Positions 13,147 to 31,600 of a stretch of DNA of 64,000 bases are shown in pieces. Under the pieces are notes generated by a model. The model searched no databases, was not told the DNA's origin, and was given only the letters and a program-made list of their open reading frames with translations. Position numbers and translations under genes: made by a program. The stretch spans positions 62,001-126,000 of the forward strand of contig CAJNYD010000132.1 of assembly GCA_905331295.1 (NCBI GenBank). Direction: 5' to 3'. Every line of letters starts with the position of its first letter. Positions within the stretch are counted from its first letter, which is position 1. The stretch comes from Rotaria socialis. Lineage: Eukaryota.

Positions 13147-14753
13147 ATGACAAGGCTTCTTCTTGTCAAATCAGGTGCTTATGAATTAGGAGAAATTATT
13201 GGACAAGGTGCTTATGGGTGAGTATTTAGTAAATATGATGAAAAATTGCCATATAATCTTTTTTGTTACTCTATCTAGTTGTGTATTTAAAAGTCGAAAT
13301 GTAGCTACCAATGAAACGGTTGCTATAAAAAAGATGAGTATGTTACGTACTCGCGATGGTTTACCAACGTCTGTAATTCGAGAAGCTGCTTTATTAAAGC
13401 GTGTTGGCAAAGTTGATAGTGATAATTTGATTAAGTAAGCACGTTCTAATATCTTTCCTAGTGTATTTATTTACTTTTCTATAGACTAAAGGAAGTTTTC
13501 AGTGAACAGCCAAGTGTTGATCGACAGAATATTTATTTTATTTTTGAATATGTCGAACGTGATCTTGAACGTTATCTCAAAATGCATAGTCCTTTAGATA
13601 TTAATCAAATTCGAGTGTGTAATTCTTCTAGATGAAACAATTTAATTATTATCATTTTTATATGATTTAGAATTTTGCTCAACAATTATTAACAGCTGTA
13701 TCGGTTCTTCATAGTCATTCTATTTTTCATCGTGATATTAAACCTCAAAATATTCTCGTTACTAATACTGGTTTGTTTGGCAAATGAAGGATAATTTATT
13801 TCATATTCATTTTTCATTTAGGCATATTGAAATTGGCTGACTTTGGTCTTGCTCGCGAATATCATGAACATAAAGTGTTTACTACAGTTGTAAGTTATTG
13901 ATATCTTCTTGTTTTTGTATGTCGATAGAATACTTTAAATTTATCTCGAATATTTAGGTTGTCACAATGTGGTATCGAGCACCGGAAATTCTTTTATCAT
14001 CACCTTATTGTACATCTGCTGATATGTGGAGTGTTGGATGTATTCTTGGTGAAATGGCACTAGGTCGGCCGTTGTTTGCTGCTAAATCAGAAGCTCGTCA
14101 ATTACGTCGTATAATTGTGTAAGAGTAAATTTTGCTTCCATAAGAGCTTTTTCAAAAATAAATTTTTTGAAATGTTTTAGTTTGATGGGTTTACCGAATG
14201 AAGATGAATGGCCACAAGATTCTCCAATTAGTAGAGAAGCTTTCGAAGATTATTCTCAACCGATTATTACATTAGAACGACTCATTCGTTTTCAAGATAG
14301 TTGTGCTTTTGATCTACTTCGAGTCAGATTTATTTTTCTCTTGATATATAATTAATTTGAATTTTATTAAAATTTTAGTCACTGCTAGCATTTAAACAAA
14401 GCCTTCGTCCAACAGCAATACGAGCTCTTGAACATAATTTCTTTCGTCGAGTTGATCATACGCCATGTACAGTAATGTGGTCTTCCACTGATATAGCCGA
14501 AGCTGCTGCTGCTGTACCCAATCTAGATGCATTTACAGACGATAATTTTGGATTTAATAGTGATGATGATCAAAAAATTGAAAATGTTCGTTCAAGAAAA
14601 AATTCTATTGATGCAGGTTATTATTATCAATCGTGGTTGTCTCCCGGTGACGATCAACATATGTTAACAGGAGATAGCCATATAAGCAGTACCGCTGGTG
14701 ATGTACCTCAATCGCCTATTGATATTGTTTCATGGTGGTCCGATAGTCCATAA
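13147..14753 (+). CDS. Cyclin-dependent kinase, CDK4/6-like, multi-exon, with acidic C-terminal extension
   Basis: [21 protein letters not shown] (PSTAIRE-like; compare PISTVRE/PLSTIRE), [47 protein letters not shown]. Confidence 0.9.
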
Positions 14754-15315
14754 TGAAAATGTTTAACAAATCATTTTTGTACATCTATTTTTTGCTCAAA
14801 TAAATAGAAGTATATTCTAGAACAATTATAACTATTAGGTATTGGAATATGTACTTAATGATATGTAAAGTTTCATTATTTAACTACATTGATCTTTTTG
14901 TTATGCTTATCCATCATCATTAAGCGTAGAAGTTGTTGTTGTTGTTCAAGAATAAAAACATCGTCACTTTTCGTTTCGATATTTATTGTGTATTTTTTAT
15001 TTGATCATCGATTTGTCTATGTATGAAATATATAAGCAAGATAGTGAGAAAAATTCTATGCAATAATTTCACACGTGAATGTGAACTAGATGAAAACTTT
15101 TTTCTAAGTTATTACAGATAGAAAAAAAAATATTCCAACGATACCACAGCACAATAGTAAGAGTAAGAGTAAAATATATTATACTAGAAAATGTGAAGAA
15201 ACAGCAATCAACTGTATAGTGAGTTGTTCAGCGTATAGCTACTACTTTTCACTTGTTTGTACAATAACTTCGAATCAGGGCTCCTCATGGGATGGGATGG
15301 GACAAAATTTTCGTC

Positions 15316-15918
15316 GGGTTTGGCGGAAAAGGCAGAAAGGGAAAACATCGAAAAGGTAAATGTCGAAAATAGAGTTTTTTGATAATTTTAAAGAACCAGA
15401 AAAATTTATTTTCTAAATTGGTGTGCATATATACGTCGCATCCATGTTCAGCACAAGCCCAAGACGTTTTTATTGCATTTGAACATATATTGGTTAAACA
15501 CTAGTAATGGTTTACCTTTATTAGTCGTTAAGAATGATATTTCACTGTCCATTGTCAACGACCGAAGAGAAAATTATTTGTTAGTTGTTTTCGACAGACT
15601 GATTTATATATATGGTATACGCTAACAATGAACAAGTATAGGTTATAGACGAGAAGGACAGCGAATTTAACTTATCCCACTAACAACCAATAACAACTCG
15701 AAAAACAAATTTCGTTATCTATAGGCATCTCTTAATTCATTCTACGTTTTCCTTTTCAAAATTTTTCTACTTTTCCTCCACCAGTTTTTCTTCGACACTT
15801 TTATTAATTATACTTTTTCATTTCGATATTTTCCTTTCGACGTTTTCACCTTCTGCAATTACCAGTTTCGGCATTTTTCTTTTCGGTTTTTTTCTTTTCT
15901 GCCTTTTCCGCCAATTCG
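15316..15918. mobile_element. MITE inserted in the left subterminal region of the outer hAT element
   Basis: Inverted ends TTGGCGGAAAAGGCAGAAA / TTTCTGCCTTTTCCGCCAA with subterminal CGAAAA repeats. Flanks TTTTCGTC / TTTTCGCC form an 8-bp TSD with 1 mismatch. Confidence 0.82.
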
Positions 15919-16074
15919 TTTTCGCCCCGTGGGATAATGCAAGTCGTCCCATCCCATCCCATGGGCTCCCATGGGATTCTCTATATTACGAAAAATCTTA
16001 CTGAAAATCAAGGTTTAATTTTTTTGTAACTGGAAATTCGAAGTTTTCCAACATTTCGATTTGAATATTGGAAT

Positions 16075-16812
16075 TAGGGATGCACCAATTCCTAGTACAT
16101 TGCAAGAAAGATGACATTTTTTGCCTGATGTAAAATGGAGTTGTCCTCTGATTTCATATAATATTAGCCAAGACCATTTTTTTGCTCTATGTGAAACGAT
16201 AGCCGAGATTTATGACATGTTAAAAAACGTTTTCAGATTTGACTCAGAATTTGAATTTTCAAGTCGTTTTCGGTCAAATCCAATTCAGTTTCAGACTTTC
16301 AGTTTGCATTACACAAATTCTAAGAATAGATTTGAAAAGAACGTTCAAAACTGAACAGAAAAAAATACGTAAAAAGAGGCTTAGTCCATAACTCCCAATG
16401 CTGAAAACATGTAAACATTGGGTAAAAAATTCCAGAAATTGACGTGATTTGATCTTTTCCTTACTTAAAAATGACGTGCCCAGTAGTGAGAATTATCGAT
16501 CGAACATCTCTTTCTTCATATTTTTCTGTTCAGCTTTGAACGCTTTTTTCAAAATCTATTCTTAGAATTTGTGTAATGCAAACTGTAAGTCTGAAACTAC
16601 GTTAGATTTGACGGAAAACGACTTGAAAATTGGCATTGGGAGTCAAATCCAAAAACGCTGTTTCATCTTTAATAAATTTGGATCATAGTTTTTCATAGAT
16701 CAAAAAAGATGATCTTGGCTGATATATGGAACGGAATCAGAGGACGACTGCCTCCTACATTAGGCAAAAATTTTATCTATCGTACCATGTACTAGAAATT
16801 GGTGCATTCCTG
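16075..16812. mobile_element. Foldback MITE with ~300-bp diverged inverted arms, hAT-like ends
   Basis: TAGGGATGCACCAATTCCTAGTACAT / ATGTACTAGAAATTGGTGCATTCCTG. Internal arm match CAGTTTGCATTACACAAATTCTAAGAATAGATTT versus its reverse complement. TSD ATTGGAAT / GTTGGAAT. Confidence 0.9.
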
Positions 16813-18562
16813 GTTGGAATATCATTATCAATACCTTTTAATTCTCTTTGTGATGTTGTAAACGAAATTTGATTTTCTCAACTGAATATTCCTGCTTATC
16901 CGAAACGAAGGATGATAATGAGGAAGAAATAATTATAGAAGGTGACATTGAACAATTTATAAAACAAAAGATGATGATATTTTATTAAAACAGTGAAACA
17001 AAAAAAAAACATTTATGTTTATTTCTGTTTTCTATGTTTTATCGTATTCTTCATTCAATTGTTCGAATAGAGCGCGGAGTTGGGATACTGACCAGTACAG
17101 AAAAAGAATGATAATATTCACACTTTTCACCTGTTGCCAAGTGTGACATAAATGAATAGCCATTTTTTCTTTAAAAAAATAATCACATTTCCCATGGGAT
17201 TAGGAACTCATCCCATCCCATTAGGAGGCCTGCTTCGAATGTTATTTTTCTTTATATATGATTAGGCTCGAGACAATTCCTATACTAACAGTATAACATT
17301 ATATAATTTGCTACGTGTTCCATTTTAATCAAGATTATAAGCATGCAATATGACTCATTTGAAAGTAATCTGTTTTATTTTAAAAAAACCATCAGGTGCA
17401 CTACATTTGATTGAGAAACAATACGTATATGATCCATTTGCATTGAGTAGTCGAGAAAAACTATATGAATTCAAATTTACCTGCTTTTATATGATGGCAA
17501 ACAATTACCATATGTACATGAGTATATTAGGAAATGTTTACTTTAGTTGTGTCTGAATAAATCAGTTAATGACTAATTGTAAACATTATTTGTTGATAAT
17601 CAACTCTTTTCAGCGAAAAGCTTTTTATTCTAAATCCCATTTTAAATGTAAGAATGTATTTTATATGACACTTAAAAAAGATATATTATTTCATAAAATA
17701 CTCCACATCTAAATGACCTTGTATGTCTTTTACAGTTGTAAAAACAAAGAACTTAATTTGTTCAGAAAATTGTTTTACTATTTTGAAAATAGAACTATGA
17801 AATTGAACTGTTGAAAATAAAACTATTGTAGAATACCTATTGATGGATCATATAGAATTCATCACTATAATAGTATACATGTACAGCAGAAAAAATTCAT
17901 TTTATCTGAAGTGGGTAAAAGTAAGAAAAACAAGAGCTTTCATTCAAAATCAATATATCTTTCTATTCAAATAATAATATGAAAAATCTCAAGAAATTGT
18001 TTAATATTTTGTAGCATGCTACGAAATTATAAATTTCTTAGCACACAATCATCGATATTTTATAGCATTATTTATTTTTAATAAATGCAAAAAAGAAAAG
18101 AAAATAGGAACCAAAAAGAAGTGTCTAGCCTTAAAAGTATCATCATTGTTTTTTTCTTATACAGCCTATTCATAAAGAAACCTTATGAATATACACTGCA
18201 GTTAAGCTATAGTTTTTAAGTAGTTCATTTTGACAGAAAAAAAATAGAGCTGGTAATTACTATTTTTATTTATTCAAACATTAATCAACAGATTTGTTGC
18301 CACGACGATGGAAAAGTCTCGTTTTATTGGCGTCGTTTTTTCTTTTGTTCAAAATGAGCTTCATTTCTATTCGTATAGTACAATGAGCACTATATCAAAT
18401 GTTTGACTAATCTAACTGCTTAAACTTGTAAGCTATTTTAATAGTTAGATGACAGAATGAAAATTATCAAATGATTAGATTGTTTTTAATGGACGTTGAT
18501 TTTATTATTTGTAAAAATGTGTACAAAAAATTAAAATTAAAAAAATCAGACAATTAGTGTTT

Positions 18563-19843
18563 TTACACAGCGGTAGCACCTGCTCGTCCAAAATTAGCAC
18601 TAAAAAAGACTCCTCGTGTTGAAAAAGAATCAATTTGTTTCGGTGTAGGAAAGACAGTAAGTCTATCGTACGAACCGGGGCCAGGTACATTGTCTGGTTT
18701 TCTAAAAAATCGATCGGTACCACTACGAAATGATGATGTTACAGTTCGAGGATTCACGTTGATCACATCTAGTTGAGGTTCATAATCACCAGGTGCTGGA
18801 CCGAGTTTCTAGATGATAAATAAACAAAATGTTACTTTTTATTCCATCAATAGATATTGTAATATTAAAAATGATTACCGGAAGAAAAACGTTTCGTCTG
18901 ATTTTTGATTTAAAAACACTATGTCTATAAGAAAAAGAAAACAATTGATGAATCAGAAAAACTCGAATTAATCTAACTTGGCCGCTTCAATAGGTGCATT
19001 GATTGTTTGATAATTTTGTGTTTCATACAGACCCGGTGCAACATCAATATCCTATTTAAATAAATTCAATCTATTATGATTCTTTTCCGTTCTTCTAATC
19101 CACATCTCAATTATCAGATAGAAGCATAGTGTTTATTATGGCTTCTGAAAGTACGTGATGAATTTAAAAAAAGTGCTGAAACAACTTGAAAAAAATACCT
19201 TATCATGATTTGCAGACATTGATTTTCTTAGTGACTCTTCTCGCTCTGGACCTTTGAAACCATATGTACTTCGTAGTTGACGCATACTAAAAAAATATTG
19301 TTCTTGATGTTTAATATATGATTATAACAAGATCAGTAAAAACCTACTGTTCTACAAAATCTTCTACCGAATACGCACCAGGCAATAGATCTTTGCCTTT
19401 TGGCTCTAGAGGTTGTGGATCTCGTCGTCGTCCATCACTTTTGAAACCATACGTCATCGGACGTGCAAGAACTTCTTTAACAAATGTATTCAAATGAGTA
19501 TCGTATCTACCGGGATTCGGTGAATCCTATTCAGATCAATTTCAAAATCAAGACATAAGAAAGAAAATAAATATAATCATTATTAGTATACTTTAATTGT
19601 AACACGCCACCAACTTTCACGACCTGATGCTGGAGCCACATAAGTGTATGCTCTATTTATTCGATTTGTTGCGCGAGCACTAACTGTTAGATCAGGACGA
19701 AAAGATGCCCGACGAGAACCAGCTCGTCGTTTTCCTGTTGTTGCTGTAGTTGGTTTTGATGCACTTTCATGGCCGCCTTCTGAATCTCGTGAGCTACGAC
19801 CACTTTGCTCCAATGGTCCAGGTGATGGTGCAGCGTCTTGCAT
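18563..19843 (-). CDS. STPG4: Sperm-tail PG-rich repeat protein STPG4 (C2orf61/GSE)-like, multi-exon
   Basis: Spliced translation GRESWWRVTIKDSPNPGRY..TYGFKSDGRRR..LPGAY..TYGFK..APGLY..SVFKS..GPAPGDY..VTSSFRSGTDRF..VPGPGSY..GVFF follows the motif order of STPG4. Confidence 0.85.
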
Positions 19844-22422
19844 GATGCCTTTTTATTCAACAACAATATGGTAAAAGAAACATGAACAATTGAAATTCCA
19901 ATATGTTATTGTTCTTCTACGCCACTTTACTTGTTGTTCTCTCTAACGACAGCCATGCTGAAGGCAACTAATGTGCATGGTCGTTCTTCATAATCGTCGC
20001 ACGCGCACACATACGAGAAGCAACAAGAATATTGAAAAAAGTAATGAAATTATGTGCTACAGTAGAAGAATAAGAAGAGAACATATTTCAATAATAAAAA
20101 CGAAGAAAGAAAAACACCACCACTATAACATACAGAATGGTGACTTATACGCCATTATAGAATATGTAAGATGGAAAAATTGGTTAAATTAAACTAGAAT
20201 AAAGAGAAAGAAAATAAACTCGTACGTGAGGTAATACTTGAAATAGAAATGTTTGTATCGATACGTCAACAAACAAATTATTCAGAAAAGAATAAATATA
20301 GCTATATGTATACATTTTCTTTTTCAAGTAAGTGACAGAACAAGCTGAAGAGCATTACTTTTATCATAGCACAAAAATCAATGATGAGCAAACACGCATA
20401 TACATAAATATATTCACATTTTATTTTACATGTGAATTTCATTAATTAACAATCAAATGAGTCAACAACTAACAGTATTCAATTTTTTTCTGATTGCACA
20501 GCCCATTCACGCAGTCAACTCTTTAGAGAACAGACAATTGTCTTGAGTAATGAAATTCCTTGACTATCGCACAATCAAAAATTGTAATGTGAAGCAAAAT
20601 AATCATTTGAACAAAAGAAAAGAAAAGAAAAGAATAATTTGTCAAATGCTTTTAAACATTTTTTTCTTTAAAGTTTATTCATCCAGATGTGTAGTCATAT
20701 TCGTTTGAATGATATGATAAGTCACCGCAAAATAAAAAAAAGAACAGAAATTGAGGATGCACTATCAATGTGTCTTTTTTTTTTGTTTGCTAAATCAAAA
20801 TCGAGGCAATGAGATAAAAAGAAACAATTCTAGAATCTAATCATCGTTAACGCTTCATGTTGATAGGATAGCGCATGTAGACAAGATGAATGTCTGCAAT
20901 TGTGTTAGGTGCATCATATATGATTGTATGCAAAATAAATGATGGCGGCGGCATACTCTGTTGAATGAAAATAAAATAAAAAGGAACAGATAGTTGTTTC
21001 TCTTTTACTTGATTTCATTCACGATGATGACAACGTTTGTTTTCAAGCAGGTAGTTAAAGTAAACAGGGGGTCTATCGTCTTTTGAAGATCACAAGTGGA
21101 TCGTCGTGATGCAAGCAACGGACGCCTTAGTGTTGTTCTTAATTTAACTTTTAAATATTTGAAACAAACTTAAAGCTTCATACTGTGACTAATGTAATCA
21201 GATAGCTTGATATATTTATATATATATATATTTATGTGTGTGTACGCATATGAATATGGATATTATTGAGTATCCATCATCAATACATAAACAAACCAAG
21301 AATGATCACTTGAAAACAATCGATTAGATTGTTCTTTTCACTACAAAGATGAATGTTTTTCTGCATAAATTTTATAAAAATCTAACAAAAAGAAGAGAAT
21401 TTTTTATTGAATAAAAATTTCCATTTGTGAATCATTTTTAATCAAAATAAGTACAGAAGACGAAGAAGAAGAAAACTTTTCTTCGAAAATATGATCTGCT
21501 TGATTGAATGTAGCGAAAAATTTCGATACGATCAAATTTAGTGAAACATGATGCAATATGTATGTGTTGCTGTGTGGTTGATTGAAATCTTTAGCACACC
21601 ACTTGTCATATCTTCTTACGTCTGTGGATGGTGTTACTGTTGTTGCATAAATTTAAATTTGAGCCTAGCCTGATCTCATAAACAGCCTGTAAAAAAAAAC
21701 GATTCTGATCAGGCGCATGTAATCTTTTAACAAGTTTTACTCATCTTCTGATGTCGATGAAATATTCCGAATATTGCAAAACAAAACTCTAATCAAACGG
21801 AAATGTGTCATACAACATGTAACGTACTTTTTCTCATTGAAACACCACACCTGTTCAATTGTTTTTGCTATTGCTATTTTTATTCGTTGAAAAGAGAAAG
21901 ATAATTATCATTAATATCATCGATTGATTTGTCTTTTCATTCATCTACTAGGCTACATACATATATATATATTATAAGAGATAAGAACTAGCATGTGCGA
22001 TACGAAATGTGAACATTAATCGGATTCCAGTATGTGACTCTGAGGAGTCGTAAAAATGATCATTTTCCATATATATTGTCTACCATGAAAACAGCTTATG
22101 TATCATAATCGTTTGGAGAAAATTAGTTTTCTTTCTGATAGGCATAAAAACTTCATTCGACACTAGGTTTTCTATTATCATTGTTGTTGTTGCTGTCTCT
22201 CCTCTCTTTCTAATCATAAAAATGTTGATTTGCTCTTTTACACATACGTACGAACTACTGACTATTGTCGGTTTTTGGTCTCCCCTTTTTCTTTTGCTTG
22301 TCATCGAAAAATAGATAGAAGAATTCCCCAGTCTAGTTGATTTCTCCAAAGATATAAGAAAGAGAGAAAGACACTATGGAACAGCGTCTGATTGAGTGGA
22401 ACAACGATCACACGTCGTCTTT

Positions 22423-22449
22423 CCCCTTTTCCCTGTCTCCCCCCCTCCC
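22423..22449 (-). promoter_or_regulatory. Canonical G-quadruplex-forming tract in the putative COE promoter region
   Basis: Minus strand reads GGGAGGGGGGGAGACAGGGAAAAGGGG. CCAAT-type boxes lie nearby (~22598, ~22636). Confidence 0.45.
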
Positions 22450-22787
22450 TCTCTCTCTGTCTATTTTATTCCATTGCTCTACTCTTATATCATTATATAC
22501 AAAAGATGACGAAGCTAGCAAAAAGTTGGTCTTGCGCGTGTTGTTGATGAAAAATGAGTTAGTAGTAAGGATGCTGATCATGATCATTTTCTTGGCACCA
22601 ATCGGGGATTGACTTGTCTTTCATCGTTTTTTCTCATTGGCTCATAGCGTAGCGCAAAAAAGACACTGAGAGAAAAGGAAGGAAAACACAACTTGCTTCT
22701 AGCAAGAAGAAAAAAAAGACGACAACGACGAGAAAAGGATTTTCTCAACATCATTTTGACCTTTTCACGCTCTTGCCGTTTTCTCTA

Positions 22788-22811
22788 CTTCTCTCTCTCT
22801 CTCTCTCTCTC
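22788..22811. repeat. (CT)n microsatellite
   Basis: Direct reading of the sequence. Confidence 0.85.
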
Positions 22812-23685
22812 GTGCTCTCTGTTTCTCTTCTTGCGATCTACGAGGAAAAACAGATTAATCGTTTCATTTTACAAATTCCCTCGTCTTTCTTTTTTTGGTG
22901 CAGCGCACTTGGTCTCGTAGGAGAGCTCACGTACGTTCTCTATCAAGCCGACAGTTTCCCCATTGGTACCCAAGGTCTCTCGGTAGGAATAAAAGAATAA
23001 CATTACATGCCATAGTAAAGTAGCCAAAACGAAAGTAATGTATCGTAATAGCAATTCGTTGAGCTTTTTATTTTATAATTAATTAAGTAAAATTCTTTTC
23101 AATATCGTCCTATAGATGATTTTCAAAGATCTATAAATACTGTTCTTCTATAGATATTAGAAATCTAAGAAGTCAAGATCTAATTTCTAAGAAAAATACA
23201 GGTTCCCTCGAGTGAAGTATCACAGATATCTGTGGTTTATTATTGATTTATTTCATTTCATTTCATTTCATATCCCTATTGGTCAATTTTAGATCGAAAT
23301 AGAACTTATTGGATACTCTGACGCATTAGATATAACGATAAAAAAAATACGGAAGCTATTACTCGTCGTTTATTAATTAAACAGTGGCGCGACGTGACAT
23401 AAATAATCGGACGAATCGGTGCTTCTACTGGAATTGACTTTTGTTCTCAACCATCGAATCCATACGGTAAGTAATCTGTCTCTATGGATTAGCAGGAAAA
23501 AATGCCGAGAATCTTCTACGTCTACATGTTTATCTCATGAGACACTTACCTGGTTATAGTATTTTTTCTGAATTGTAGTTAGAAAGACAAATAGTTGAGT
23601 ATTATATAAAATATTTAACAAGAAAAAGAAGCAAAGTTAAGATTCTCATGAGATACCGGTATTTTAATTGTTCATAGATCCAATT

Positions 23686-28434
<4,749 letters not shown>

Positions 28435-28621
28435 AACACATCTATTCATTTCTTTTTTTTTCTTTTTTTCTTCTACATCTATATTTATTTTCTCTCATCT
28501 GTCGTATACGCGTACATCTAACTGTGTGTGAGTGTGTGTGTGTGGCTTTAATTATCAAAATGCAATTTACCGTTTCTTTCTGTGCACTTTTTAAAAAAGT
28601 ATTGTATAAAAAACAATAACA

Positions 28622-28628
<7 letters not shown>

Positions 28629-28666
<38 letters not shown>

Positions 28667-28670
28667 TATA
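28629..28670. repeat. (TA)n microsatellite in COE 3' region
   Basis: Direct reading of the sequence. Confidence 0.85.
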
Positions 28671-31600
28671 CGCATGTATTTGTTTGTTTTTTGTGCGTAT
28701 GGGACAATGCAAGAATGATAAAAAAAAACTTTTTTTTGTTTGTTCATTTTACCTCATTGATTAGTTTTTTCCCCTTTGATTGTATACTTAAAGAAATGAA
28801 TGAAACCAACTGCATATCAAAGTTTGTTTGTTTTTTTGAATAATTTTACTTCTAATGTAAGAAAACAGGTTTTTCTTTTTCTTCAATAATCATATCGTAT
28901 GCATATGTATCGAAAATAAATGATTGAACAGCCGGTACAACACCATTTGCATGAATCATAATTAGCTTCTAATAGACAAAGAAACAAACGAACTGTTAGT
29001 GTCTCTTGATATTATTCTCACCCCCTACAGTCATAGATAGATCTTTTCCCTTTAATCAAGCCTATTTGACTCTTTCTACAGTCTAAAAATGATCTATGCT
29101 AAGTAATAGTATGTATTTATGTATGATGATGACGATGATCCGATTTCCATAAATAAAAAGAATAGAAAGCTAACTGAATTTTACTCCTACGCATGTGTTT
29201 AGACGAATGCGCATGCTTTGAACTAGTTTGATTATCGACAACGATGGCGAATGAGAGTGTTAATGTAGGCAGACAGAGGCACGCGATGATTCTCTGGCCA
29301 TTGTACATTCACTGCTGTCCAACGATCTCATTTCATATTTACAACGTTAATTTATGAACAGGCATTCGGAAACTCTCAGGAGAGATAGAGAACTAAAAGA
29401 GAGAGAGGGAGAAAAAAAAGATGAATTAAAAAATGTGACGATTAGTCGAACGATCACCGGTCGCCCATATATATTCTACTTGTTGACAGATGGGTCTTGT
29501 CATCTTCGTATGGTTACTGGAAAACAGTTAACGATACTGACTGCACCTCAATCAATCGATTGATGAATTGAACAACAGTGATAATTAACGATCGTTGAAG
29601 CTAAAAGTGTGTATGTGTGTACAATTGTGAGCAGACACTCGGAAGCAATCGAGTGGTGGGCGGCGTTTAATAGATTAAGTTTCCACTCAAGATGTGTTTT
29701 ATATACATGATAAAAGAGAGAAAGAGGGAAAACAAGTGGCACGTTTGTCTTGTCAAGATGGTCGGTTTATATGGATAGAATGTTCTTTTCATGCATGAAT
29801 GCATCTTTTGTAATATAAAGAAACAGAAGGCAGTGGAAAAACGATTTTTGAAAATTAGTATTAAATGAAAATTGTTATTTTTATCGAATAATAGTATTTA
29901 TGAAATGTTTAGAAAATTTTAAACTTCTATATTTTTTGTTAGAATAATGGTCAACAGAGCATAGGATCAATTATTCTTAACAATTAATGTCTATTTTTGA
30001 TAGCGAACAGAGATATCTTCGAAGTAGTGTCGTTATCAATTCAACTGATACGAACTGATGATTTTATATTTAAATGAAGAACGATAGTTACAATTAGATG
30101 AACAGCTTGTCTATTGAAGTTCGACAACAATTGCTTTATTCAAAAAAAAAAGTAATTGCACCACTAAGCAAGGTTTGATGTATGATATAGTCAAAATATG
30201 TTTAATAGATAGCCATTTGATTGTATGTATACTAATGAAATAGAATTCAATAAAAACCTAAGACTGAATAAATTTTTCATTTTTCAGAAATTTTGAATTA
30301 TAATTTATTTGCAAGGAAAGATTAAATTTATAATATCTATTCATTCGGTTGTCAATTTAGACAATATATCTTCTTATATTTTGGTTCTCGAATGATACAC
30401 AATTTCAACGAGAGTTGAAAATAAGTAGAGAATAATTTATTTACACGTATTCATATTGCATAGCCGTATATTTTTATCCAACTAAAATGTTCCACTAGAC
30501 TATTTATATGGAACATATTTCAATCAACAAATGAAGATAATTGTTTATCATCTTAGGCAAAAGTTTCTAATAAAAATAGTGAGCAGTCGTTTTCAACAAC
30601 TAGTGTAACTTTGAAAAAAAAATAATGTGTCTGTTGAAATGAATAGGATAACTGAAAGTATTGAAAAACATGATTGATATCCCTGACAGAGATGTATTCA
30701 AATATAGATGATACTGTTTATCAATCTCATTACTTTGCTGTATGAAACAAATATTCTTAATCATGTTGGTTTTTTTTTTGATTATCGTATAGTGGCTATT
30801 GGTAGTTGTTCTAAATTAAAGATATGAACAATGCTATTCTTGTCTGTAGTGTTACATAGAATATCACATTATTTGTTTCATAATTCTAATATAATGCATT
30901 GAATTGATTTCTATAAAGATCTGTGAATCGGTTTTGAACAAAATGCTTAATCGTTTGAGTTTTTAATCATTTTACAGGTTCGAAATATCCGCATGATTCA
31001 ATAATTTGAAGTTAATCATCTCATAATTTTTATTTCTGTCTATTAAACGATAAAGTTTGAGATGGATCATGCAATTTTATTTTCTGATATATAATTATGA
31101 TAATCTGATATAACAGAGAAAATACAACAGCACAAATATCATCGCATGAAGTCAAAAATAGAAAAAAATGAACAAACATTGTAAATCGATTTGATTAATT
31201 CAGATTATTTGTTGAAAAGCGAAGAAGATTTGAATTTATTAAATTATTCCTCGCTATTAGCACTACTGTTATTTTCTGCAAGGATCATCATGCTGTATAT
31301 CAAAGCATAAAATGTCATTATTTTGTTTAATAACGTTAGTTTTATGTACGTCTTTTTTTGTTTTATATAGTTTTTTAATTTGAATGATGATCTCATCATG
31401 GAAAAATTGCCTATTTAAAAATCAATACTTACAGTAACTAGAACTTAATCTAAAATCAGTATTCTATTCAAAATATTGTAGATTCATCTTCTGTCCATGT
31501 TCAACTAATTCCCAAAGAACGTTTTACCTCACTGAAGTAGCCATTGTAGTATTCATCAATGCAAAAATCAAGGGGAAAAGGCGGACTTTGTACTGCCGAG

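Larger units (their letters stand above)
15276..17232. mobile_element. Non-autonomous hAT-like DNA transposon (outer element of nested composite)
   Basis: TIRs CAGGGCTCCTCATGGGATGGGATG / CATCCCATCCCATTAGGAGGCCTG. Perfect 8-bp TSD CTTCGAAT at 15268-15275 and 17233-17240. Confidence 0.92.
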
